DNA from: a virus | Lineage: Duplodnaviria; Caudoviricetes | DNA: 33,986 nucleotides | Direction: 5' to 3' (one strand) | IMG/VR virus record: IMGVR_UViG_3300025011_000122 | Location: 1-33,986 of that record | Part shown: piece after piece, positions 18,049-25,404 of the stretch | How positions within the stretch are numbered: the first letter of the stretch is position 1 | Layout of the letters: each line of letters starts with the position of its first letter | Translations under genes and position numbers: made by a program | The notes under the pieces: generated by a model | The model's database searches: none | The model's input: only the letters and a program-made list of their open reading frames with translations | Told to the model about the DNA's origin: nothing

Positions 18049-19962
18049 ATGCAAAACGTTAAATCATTACAACTCATGGCAAGTACAGGGCTAACGCTAG
18101 ATAAAGTTACTGGCTCAGTAGCAGCATATGGCTTAACCAAACAAAAACGAAAAGCATCTAAGTGTCTCAGAGTGCGTAGGTCATCCGACAGTTTAGAAAT
18201 GGATGTCGGATTTGTTGGCAGTAGACCATATAGGCATTTGAGTAATTTGCTTGGTACTGATGGTAATTTTGGTATAGATAGTAATAGTGATGGAGTTGCA
18301 GACGGTTGGAACCTAGCCGTTAGTTTGTCGGCAAAAAGTATAGATAGCAACATTCAATCTTTTACCGCATCGGCAACCAATGGTGGATTTGAAAAAGCAA
18401 TAAACGCAACTACTGACAAAATTTATGCTTGTACTTATGTTAAGGCTAGTAGTGCAAATGTATCCTTAAGAGTTGCAGGCGGACTCATAACGGCGGTTGA
18501 ATCAAATCATACGGGTAGTGGCAACTTTGAATTTTTAAGTGTCTTAGTCACAGGTAATAACTCTGGCTTAATCTACTATAAAGTTTATGATAAAAATACA
18601 AGTGCGTGGACACAAGTACAAGCAAAACAAGCCCATGTATTTAATCTCACCCAAATATTCGGAGCAGGTAACGAACCAACAAAAGCACAGTTAGACGCAG
18701 TAATCAAAGCCCTAATTGATAACCAAGGCTACATAACCGAGAAAGATATTGTTGATGTGTTTAGTACAACTGTAAATAATGTTAGCGGTAGACCTAAAGA
18801 CAGGCTGATTAATGCTTTTACTAATGGTAATTTTGAGTTTGGGACGTTGGGATGGATTCCGACAGATAGCACGCTTAGAGTTGAAGGTGGGGTATTAATT
18901 GCTACAGGAGCAAGTGCTGTAAACACTAGAGGTGTTGTCGATATGAATTTTCCCACTGCTTATACTCAAGGTAGAAAAATATTTATAAAAACAAGAGTGA
19001 GAGTTACTAATTCTTCATGCTATTCATTGGAATCTTATATAAAAGATACTGCTGGTGCAAATATTATAGAAACTACAACACAATTAAGCCCTGTATTAAA
19101 TCAATGGTATCCCATATCTATTGTGACAACTCTTGGTGCAAATAGTACAGCATTAAAACTGTCATTTATACACAGATATTATGACAACGCAACATTTATC
19201 GGTAAATCTCTAGAACTTGATGATGTCACTGTTGTTGATATGGGATTAGACACATCGAACAAATATTACAATTACACTCAAGCACAAATGGACGCAGAGG
19301 TAAATGCTCAAGGTGGCTACATCAACGCTTTCGGTTTTGAGCAAGGTGAAGTTGACGGTAGAGCTTTGTTGACATTTGGTGGTGCTAATAGTTTATATGC
19401 AAGCAAATGGTATGACCAGAGCGGGTTGGGTAATGATGCAATACAGGCAACCGCGGCAAGTCAACCAAGGATTAGCAATGCTGGTATTCTGGATGATGGG
19501 ATGTATTTGGATGGTACAGATGATTATTTAAGTATTGCCAATAGTACAAGTATTGATATTGTAAATGCTCCATTGTCTGTATCTGCAATTGTAAAAGTGG
19601 ATACCGTTGTTGGATATAATGGCAGAATAATTATGAGAAATGATGCTGTAGGTATACAGTATGGAATACTACACGCAAACGATGATGGGAAGTTTGAGTT
19701 CTTCGTGAATAGTGTGTCGATAAAAACTAGTACAGTATATAAAGGGCGATGGTACAAATTAGTATCATCATGGGATGGAGCATTATATAGAGTTAATGTT
19801 AATAATCAAGACGATGGTAGCACAGCGTTATCTGGACAAATAACAAGTCGAGTCAATACTTTTATAGGAAAGCAAACAACAGGACTTAATTTTAAGGGCA
19901 ATATGAGGGAGCTAATAATACTTGCATCAGATCTATCACAATCAAAAATAAATAAACTATAG
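18049..19962 (+). CDS. Large lectin-like adhesin (ConA/LamG-like domain with two CBM-like inserts)
   Basis: AAY.L....RVRRSSD..E.DVGF and WYDQSG.GN.A.Q...QP; LDGTDDYL, SWDG and FKG.M.E LamG motifs; two (N/D)GNF...GW repeats. Confidence 0.7.
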   Translation: MQNVKSLQLMASTGLTLDKVTGSVAAYGLTKQKRKASKCLRVRRSSDSLEMDVGFVGSRPYRHLSNLLGTDGNFGIDSNSDGVADGWNLAVSLSAKSIDSNIQSFTASATNGGFEKAINATTDKIYACTYVKASSANVSLRVAGGLITAVESNHTGSGNFEFLSVLVTGNNSGLIYYKVYDKNTSAWTQVQAKQAHVFNLTQIFGAGNEPTKAQLDAVIKALIDNQGYITEKDIVDVFSTTVNNVSGRPKDRLINAFTNGNFEFGTLGWIPTDSTLRVEGGVLIATGASAVNTRGVVDMNFPTAYTQGRKIFIKTRVRVTNSSCYSLESYIKDTAGANIIETTTQLSPVLNQWYPISIVTTLGANSTALKLSFIHRYYDNATFIGKSLELDDVTVVDMGLDTSNKYYNYTQAQMDAEVNAQGGYINAFGFEQGEVDGRALLTFGGANSLYASKWYDQSGLGNDAIQATAASQPRISNAGILDDGMYLDGTDDYLSIANSTSIDIVNAPLSVSAIVKVDTVVGYNGRIIMRNDAVGIQYGILHANDDGKFEFFVNSVSIKTSTVYKGRWYKLVSSWDGALYRVNVNNQDDGSTALSGQITSRVNTFIGKQTTGLNFKGNMRELIILASDLSQSKINKL

Positions 19963-19972
19963 GAGGTAAACT

Positions 19973-20203
19973 ATGTATTTAGTATTCGACACATTAGAGC
20001 AAGCAACAATTGCAATCGCCCTAATTGGCTATAATATGGGACTAACAGGGAGTATAACGGTAAGATGGGCAGAGCCACAAGTGAGAAAAGACGGTAAATA
20101 TGTTATACCCAAGCCAGAACTAGACGAGCATATGTTGTATGTAAGTGGATATGCGGAAGAAGAATATTCGACGGATTGGTTTGCGGTTGCGGGCTTAGAG
20201 TAG
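19973..20203 (+). CDS. Small hypothetical protein, likely partner of the adhesin
   Basis: AGGAGG RBS; directly downstream of the adhesin gene. Confidence 0.7.
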   Translation: MYLVFDTLEQATIAIALIGYNMGLTGSITVRWAEPQVRKDGKYVIPKPELDEHMLYVSGYAEEEYSTDWFAVAGLE

Positions 20204-20241
20204 TACGCAATAGGACAATATAACGAACTAAGAGGCATAAG

Positions 20242-20267
20242 AAAAGAGCCATTAATTTGGCTCTTTT
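20242..20267. terminator. Bidirectional terminator at the convergent late/accessory junction
   Basis: AAAAGAGCCA-TTAATT-TGGCTCTTTT, overlapping the stop codon of the minus-strand gene. Confidence 0.75.
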
Positions 20268-20701
20268 ATCTTTCGTGGCCTACCACCTTTTTTACCGTTT
20301 TCCCTTGCCGCTGTTGTTTTTGCCTCTGTCTTTGCACTGCCTATTTTAGCAGACGTTATGCCTATATTTACAGTGTTTAGTTTGCCTTGTAAATATGCAA
20401 CTTCGCATTCGTCTTTCCGTTCTCTAACTTTAATGTTGTTTAATATATAGTTAAGTAAATTCTTTTCCGCAAATTCTAATTCTAAGCTTTCTAAGTCTTT
20501 GCTGTATTCTGTTGTTAATTCTTTAATGTTTTTTAGTACATCTTTTACAGGTAGTCCACTTAAAACGCCCCTAAAGGAAACATAATCTAAGTCCCCGTGG
20601 CTGTAATTTCTTTTGCTGCATTGCTGTGCCTTTTCGGCAAAAACTTTTACTTGTATCTCTCCTAAGGAGTAAAACAATAACTCTTCTACATTATTACTCA
20701 T
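20252..20701 (-). CDS. Hypothetical protein with a C-terminal AARENGKKGGRPRK basic motif (putative DNA binder)
   Basis: ATG 20701 lies 8 nt after GGAGGT; the gene has its own promoter. Confidence 0.7.
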   Translation of the reverse strand: MSNNVEELLFYSLGEIQVKVFAEKAQQCSKRNYSHGDLDYVSFRGVLSGLPVKDVLKNIKELTTEYSKDLESLELEFAEKNLLNYILNNIKVRERKDECEVAYLQGKLNTVNIGITSAKIGSAKTEAKTTAARENGKKGGRPRKIKEPN

Positions 20702-20751
20702 CTGCACTTACCTCCAATGTGCGGAGCCTTATATCTCCCGTCCACTCTTAT

Positions 20752-20780
20752 ATTGTAACCCAAGTACTTGGGTTATTCAA
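20752..20780 (-). promoter_or_regulatory. SigA promoter with a palindromic operator
   Basis: TTGAAT-17-TACAAT on the minus strand; perfect palindrome TAACCCAAGTACTTGGGTTA at 20756-20775. Confidence 0.75.
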
Positions 20781-20825
20781 TACTTATTTTAACATTTCTT
20801 CAAAAACTTTTCGACAAATTATGCG

Positions 20826-21008
20826 TTAATTCTCATCAATAATTTTTAATTCGTTATCTTTCGTTATTTTAAAAACGTATTGGTTGACTACACTATTGTT
20901 TTTACTAAAACTATGAGCCATAAATTTATCTTGTTCGACATGATTGATGTAACAAATGTTTCGATCAATTTTTTCTTTGCTCAATGCGAAGACTTCTTGC
21001 AGATTCAT
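20826..21008 (-). CDS. Small hypothetical protein (paralog B)
   Basis: GGAGGT RBS; ATGA overlap with the upstream gene; similar to 21005..21205. Confidence 0.75.
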   Translation of the reverse strand: MNLQEVFALSKEKIDRNICYINHVEQDKFMAHSFSKNNSVVNQYVFKITKDNELKIIDEN

Positions 21009-21205
21009 ATAATTACCTCCAATTTTACTTTTAAGGTATCGAAAATTTCTAGCTTGTTATTTTCGACTTTTAAGAAATAGACAGTTTTCTCGCCATAATG
21101 GTTGCATTGCTCGTGAGCCTCAAAACAATCTTTTCCCAAGCTCTTTATTAGACAAATATTCTCACTTATATCTTTACATAAATTCAAAACCTCTCCTATG
21201 CTCAT
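21005..21205 (-). CDS. Small hypothetical protein (paralog A)
   Basis: GGAGGTG RBS; similar to 20826..21008. Confidence 0.75.
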   Translation of the reverse strand: MSIGEVLNLCKDISENICLIKSLGKDCFEAHEQCNHYGEKTVYFLKVENNKLEIFDTLKVKLEVII

Positions 21206-21236
21206 ATTTACACCTCCAAATTATTATATAAATATT

Positions 21237-21305
21237 ATTATAATAAGTATTAGTATTAATTTGTTGGATTTTTGGTAAACGGTATGTTTTTTGTGGTAAA
21301 CGGTA
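21237..21305 (-). promoter_or_regulatory. LytTR-type activator-dependent promoter
   Basis: Minus strand reads ACCGTTTAC-12-ACCGTTTAC (12-bp identical repeat TACCGTTTACCA, 21-bp period), then 32 nt, then TATAAT; there is no good -35. Confidence 0.65.
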
Positions 21306-21325
21306 GAAGGTGGTATTTGGGCATG

Positions 21326-21349
21326 AAAAAAGGAGCTTGGTTGGCTCCT
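21326..21349 (-). terminator. Terminator for the HIRAN-like gene
   Basis: AGGAGC...GCTCCT stem followed by a U run on the minus strand. Confidence 0.7.
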
Positions 21350-21352
21350 GAG

Positions 21353-22183
21353 TTACTCTTTGTAGGCTAGCTTTTCGTACTGGTTGAAACGTTGCTTTTC
21401 AGATTCAATTTGTGTCATCATATTATTATAGGACGCAATAATTTGAGCCTTACAGCTTTCAACATCGTCTACAGTTGCAAGACTTATTTTATCAGTTTTA
21501 TAATAATTTTCATTAGTTGTTATGTATTTGGTTCTCTTGCCGATTTTCAAAGAAACAAACCACCATTGACTCCTTTCTATGTATCCAATATGAATATGAC
21601 CTTGGCTATACTTTCTGATATCAACGCTTTTCTTTCTGGCATTTGGCATTGCAAGTATTATCGTTCTTATATTCGTTATAAGTTTAATTTCATCTTCGGT
21701 TAAATCTTCCAATGGAGTTGGTTGCGGAGGAGTATAAGGAAATGATACTTTAAATTTAACCTTACAACCGTAAAAGTTATATTCAGAATTTGGTTTTCTT
21801 ATTTCTTCTATATAAGCGGAAATCGGCAATCCTTTGTTTAAATAAGAGGAAATCTCTTCTGCTAGCTCAGCTGTAACATATCCCAATTGTTTATTATTAG
21901 CAAATACAGCTACAGCATAAGGAAACTTTGGTGTTGGTGTGTGCTTCAATATGACGTTTTGGTTCTTGGCACACTGTTTTATTGCCGATTGTCTACTCGT
22001 TCCATCGTCATTGTTATAGCTCATTCCTGCTACAAAGAAATTGCATTCATTAGTTAGGCATTCTGTAGTGTTCAACACGGGTAAAGATGCGCTAGTATTA
22101 ATGGCAACAGAATCTGTTATGCGTTTTACTTTCCGATAATACAATACTCCGAAAATTATCAACAATAAAATAACAATGGTCAT
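21353..22183 (-). CDS. Membrane-anchored HIRAN-like domain protein
   Basis: N-terminal TM segment; VAGMSY.N.DG.SRQ...L...P......AVAV......LGYV is HIRAN-like; extra unknown C-terminal domain. Confidence 0.72.
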   Translation of the reverse strand: MTIVILLLIIFGVLYYRKVKRITDSVAINTSASLPVLNTTECLTNECNFFVAGMSYNNDDGTSRQSAIKQCAKNQNVILKHTPTPKFPYAVAVFANNKQLGYVTAELAEEISSYLNKGLPISAYIEEIRKPNSEYNFYGCKVKFKVSFPYTPPQPTPLEDLTEDEIKLITNIRTIILAMPNARKKSVDIRKYSQGHIHIGYIERSQWWFVSLKIGKRTKYITTNENYYKTDKISLATVDDVESCKAQIIASYNNMMTQIESEKQRFNQYEKLAYKE

Positions 22184-22242
22184 AAAGTTATCCCCTTTGA
22201 GTTTATTATCCCGATAAATATTTTTTCTATAGTTATATACTT

Positions 22243-22578
22243 TTATATTTCAGTTAATTGAGGCTTTATTAACACTTCAGTCATGCCTATTAAAATTTCG
22301 AATTTATCGTCAGGCATATCACGAGTTAATTCAATAAGTTTTTCTTGCTTAAACGAGGGAGTTTGTTTATTTATATTTAAAAGATCATCAATAATCAAAT
22401 TAAAATAGTTTGCAATATCAATAAGTTTTTCAATACTTATTCCTTTACTTCCTAATTCGACATTAGTTAAAAATCCTGATGATAAATCAATTGATTCGGC
22501 TAATTGTTCTATTGTTAATTTGCGTTTTTTTCGTTCTTCTCTTATTCTAGCTCCTAAATATTTCATATCATATTTCAT
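22243..22578 (-). CDS. XRE-family HTH transcriptional regulator
   Basis: LGARIREERKKRKLTIEQLAE.IDLS..FL..VE.G...SIE.L..IA. Confidence 0.88.
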   Translation of the reverse strand: MKYDMKYLGARIREERKKRKLTIEQLAESIDLSSGFLTNVELGSKGISIEKLIDIANYFNLIIDDLLNINKQTPSFKQEKLIELTRDMPDDKFEILIGMTEVLIKPQLTEI

Positions 22579-22667
22579 GCATACACCCCGAGAAATAATT
22601 TATATCTTTAAGTGTTAATAAACCATGTTCCCAAATGAGTACATCATTCCTCGTGGGAATATTATTA

Positions 22668-22696
22668 TTGTATTATGTCATAAATTGTCGTATACT
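22668..22696 (+). promoter_or_regulatory. SigA promoter of the divergent small gene
   Basis: TTGTAT-17-TATACT. Confidence 0.6.
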
Positions 22697-22772
22697 GTAA
22701 AACATAGAAAAGTTTGCAGTGACAAACTTATATTAATCGGGATTCAATATAATGATTATTGGAGGATTGATT

Positions 22773-23036
22773 ATGGTAGGAGAAGTAGCAGATTTTGATG
22801 AATTCTTGGCTCGAAGATGTACCGATATTTCAGACAACATAATTGTAAAAAATATTTCTATCCAAATTAAAGAAAAACAGTTGTTAGACATCGTAAGGAA
22901 ATTAAAATTAAATCTTATAAATGAAAATCTCAAATTGTTTATGGATTATTGTGACTTATGTGATTGTATAGGTTCCGAGAGTGAACATATAATTTATAGG
23001 CAGGGTTTCCATGACGGAGTAAGTTTTAAAAAGTAA
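22773..23036 (+). CDS. Hypothetical protein (DUF6809-like)
   Basis: GGAGGA RBS; C-terminal E..IYRQGFHDG motif. Confidence 0.65.
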   Translation: MVGEVADFDEFLARRCTDISDNIIVKNISIQIKEKQLLDIVRKLKLNLINENLKLFMDYCDLCDCIGSESEHIIYRQGFHDGVSFKK

Positions 23037-23040
23037 TAAA

Positions 23041-23093
23041 AAATCTGTGCGGTATTTGTTCGGTTTTTACCGATTTCAATACCGCACAGATTT
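23041..23093. terminator. Long bidirectional hairpin made of probable integrase arm-site repeats
   Basis: 16-bp inverted repeat AAATCTGTGCGGTATT / AATACCGCACAGATTT, inner TCGGT/ACCGA stem, T runs on both strands. Confidence 0.75.
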
Positions 23094-23105
23094 CTTTGTT
23101 TCTCT

Positions 23106-23163
23106 TGGTGCCGAAGGCGGGGGTCGAACCCGCATGATGTCACCATCACTGGATTTTGAGTCC
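23106..23163 (-). mobile_element. attP: attP common core: 3' half of tRNA-Leu(CAA)
   Basis: Minus strand: GGA-CTCAAAA-TCCAG, long variable arm TGATG..CATCA, T-arm GCGGG-TTCGACC-CCCGC, then CTTCGGC-A-CCA. The 5' half is absent, and the site lies next to the integrase 3' end. Confidence 0.88.
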
Positions 23164-23291
23164 GAAGCGTTACGAATAACGTAATATTTCTGCATTACTA
23201 CAACTGAGTCTATTGCGGCAATGTTGATTTAAGTTAAATTTGTTGCATACCGCAACATCTTTTTATTTATCAAAATATATTTTTTAAGTAT

Positions 23292-24356
23292 CTAAACTTT
23301 TTGTGCGGTATTTAGTGCGGTGAGATTGTTTCTTATGCTGTCATCTATGTCAAGTTTTCTATCTACGTTTAAGTGTTGATATATCCCTTTTAACACGTGT
23401 ATATCGTGTCCAAGCCTTTGAGCTGCATAATGGTCTGGAATCCCCTGGTTGTATAACCAGGTTGCGTGAAAATGTCTGAGGTCATGGAACCTTATCGGTG
23501 GAAGTTTCCTTTTTTGTATCATTTCAGCAAAGTAAGAACTATAGTTATCGGGTCTAAGTTGGAATATTCTATCTGTAATTTTCCTTTGTTGCTTGCGATA
23601 TGTCTCAAGCAACCCCATTAAGTATTCAGGGACGGCAATTAACCTTAATCCGTTTTTGCTCTTTGGCTTTTTATCAACGTAACCTTTTTCAGATATTGAT
23701 CTACTTTCATCTATTCTTATTGTATTTGTTTTTGCATTAATATCATCTGGCTTTAATGCGAATATTTCGCCTCTCCTTAATCCACACCAAGCCGCCAACA
23801 ATACAATTACCTCGTCCCTTGTTCCTTTTACAGAATTATAAATTAAATCGAATTCTGAGGCTGTCAGGACGTAAGGCTTGTACTCATCTGCATGTGGAAC
23901 TTTTACATTCCTAGCTGGATTCTTATGTTTTAAAGCATCCTCTAAAATTCTTCTTAGAACTAGTATGTGTTTTCTAACAGTAGTTGGGGATAAGGTTTTT
24001 AATTTATCGTTCATAAACTCTTTTATGTGTATCTCATTTATCTTATTGAGTTTGAATTTCCCTAATACTGGCTTAAAATGGGCATCTACGTATATTTTAT
24101 AACTTACAAATGTTGAAGGGGATAAACGTTGTTCGTTTAGTTCTAGCCACTTATCCATCCAAGTTGATAATTTCACATTCTCAATATCAATAAATCTTCC
24201 GTCATAAATTTCCTGTTCTAGTTCTCTAGCCGCCGCTTTACATGCTTTTTCAGTAGATTTTGTGATGTATTTTCTTAATTGCTTTCCGTTTGCATCACGA
24301 TCAACAAATATTGTAGCCTGATAATTCCCGTTTGCTAGTTTTCTTATTGAAGCCAT
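23292..24356 (-). CDS. int: Tyrosine integrase
   Basis: N-terminal arm-binding domain; LRRGE (R), HDLRH, LGH and IYQH (Y) catalytic motifs. Confidence 0.95.
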   Translation of the reverse strand: MASIRKLANGNYQATIFVDRDANGKQLRKYITKSTEKACKAAARELEQEIYDGRFIDIENVKLSTWMDKWLELNEQRLSPSTFVSYKIYVDAHFKPVLGKFKLNKINEIHIKEFMNDKLKTLSPTTVRKHILVLRRILEDALKHKNPARNVKVPHADEYKPYVLTASEFDLIYNSVKGTRDEVIVLLAAWCGLRRGEIFALKPDDINAKTNTIRIDESRSISEKGYVDKKPKSKNGLRLIAVPEYLMGLLETYRKQQRKITDRIFQLRPDNYSSYFAEMIQKRKLPPIRFHDLRHFHATWLYNQGIPDHYAAQRLGHDIHVLKGIYQHLNVDRKLDIDDSIRNNLTALNTAQKV

Positions 24357-24979
24357 TAGCGAACCTCCGATTTAAAAAATATAGCCTTTCCTAGAACATT
24401 TACTTCCTTCAAGTCCTTTTTACTAAAAACCATTTCTTTATAGTTTTGATTTTCGGGACGGAGAATAACTGAACCATTAATTTTATATACTCTTTTTAGG
24501 GTAGCGTTTTCCCCATCTACAATTACGGCGGCTATTTCTCCATTTTCTACATCAGGTTGTTTTCTAATATAAACTATATCGCCATCATAGATTCTAGCGT
24601 TAATCATGCTATCACCTTTTACTCTTAAACAAAAATCTATATTGGAGTTTTCGGGGACGTATTCATATCCTTCTATGTGTTCTTCTGCTAAAATAGGCTG
24701 TCCAGCTGCAATCGTTCCCAATATAGGTACTCTTTTAAACATTAAATCATCTTTTTCTATATATTTATCTACATTAGCACCCATCAACCAAGCTGGGTTA
24801 ACATTTAACGTAGATGCGGTTTGTTGTATAAATACTCTCTTGGGATCATGTATTCCGGTTTCGTATCTCGATATAGTAGCCGCAGTTGTTCCGAGCATCT
24901 CGCCAAGTTCTCTAGTTGTTAAATTCTTTTCTTCCCTTACTTCTTTTAGCCTTTGACCGAACAATTTCAATTCATTCAT
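24356..24979 (-). CDS. CI-like repressor (HTH plus S24 autopeptidase)
   Basis: N-terminal XRE HTH, AAG cleavage site, VKGDSM (Ser), ATLKR (Lys). Start is 24979 (GAGGGTG RBS) or a near-leaderless 24994. Confidence 0.92.
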   Translation of the reverse strand: MNELKLFGQRLKEVREEKNLTTRELGEMLGTTAATISRYETGIHDPKRVFIQQTASTLNVNPAWLMGANVDKYIEKDDLMFKRVPILGTIAAGQPILAEEHIEGYEYVPENSNIDFCLRVKGDSMINARIYDGDIVYIRKQPDVENGEIAAVIVDGENATLKRVYKINGSVILRPENQNYKEMVFSKKDLKEVNVLGKAIFFKSEVR

Positions 24980-25072
24980 TATAAACACCCTCATTTAAAT
25001 TTATTTTATATCTTTATTATACTAATAATATTACCAAAAACGCAACAAAAATTCGCAAAAATAAAAAATATT

Positions 25073-25139
25073 TTACGAAACGTACTTGACAATTAAAATT
25101 TGATAGTATAACATAGGTTTCGTCAGTACGAAACGTAAC
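25073..25139 (+). promoter_or_regulatory. Lytic promoter flanked by two operators
   Basis: TTGACA (25086), 17 bp, TAACAT; TACGAAACGTA boxes at about 25074 and 25127. Confidence 0.75.
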
Positions 25140-25167
25140 AAAAGCACGAATGAAGGGAGGAATTATA

Positions 25168-25404
25168 GTGAGAAAGAAGAAAAAAAAAGAACTTACATAC
25201 AAGCCGCTTAGAAAAATTATAGGCGCTATGCGAGAAAACAACATAACTCAAGAGAATATTGCCCGTCAGCTCAATATGTCGATATCAACTTTCAACCAGA
25301 AATTGAATGGTGTTGCAGACTTTAAGTTAACTGAGCTAAGAAAAATAGCTGAAATTCTCGACATACAAGAAGATAAGTATTATGAATATTTTTTTGCATC
25401 ATAG
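25168..25404 (+). CDS. Cro-like HTH protein
   Basis: GTG start after GGGAGG; ITQENIARQLNMSISTFNQKLNG...FKLTEL..IA; divergent from cI. Confidence 0.88.
   Translation: MRKKKKKELTYKPLRKIIGAMRENNITQENIARQLNMSISTFNQKLNGVADFKLTELRKIAEILDIQEDKYYEYFFAS

Noticed and set aside
1078-19757. Many minus-strand ORFs inside the structural genes (for example 1078-1416, 2019-2357, 9807-10127, 11601-12041)
   Set aside because: They are antisense shadows of well-supported genes, with no recognisable motifs.
15505-19962. Diversity-generating retroelement or invertible fibre cassette
   Set aside because: No reverse transcriptase, invertase, or adenine-variable TR/VR repeat pair was seen in the window.
23169-23185. 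GTTACG-AATAA-CGTAAT beside the att core, resembling the CI operator
   Set aside because: The spacer is 5 bp rather than the 3 bp in all three operators; it may be chance or an integrase-related site, so it is not called.
23106-23195. Complete phage-encoded tRNA-Leu gene
   Set aside because: The 5' acceptor strand (expected GCCGAAG) and D-arm are missing, and the anticodon stem pairs for only 3 bp; it is an att core.
20200-23300. CRISPR mini-array in the accessory island
   Set aside because: Only one two-copy 12-bp repeat with a 9-bp gap is present; there is no repeat-spacer periodicity.
24356-24994. Host lexA gene
   Set aside because: The XRE-type HTH and the position between int and a divergent cro indicate a phage CI repressor.
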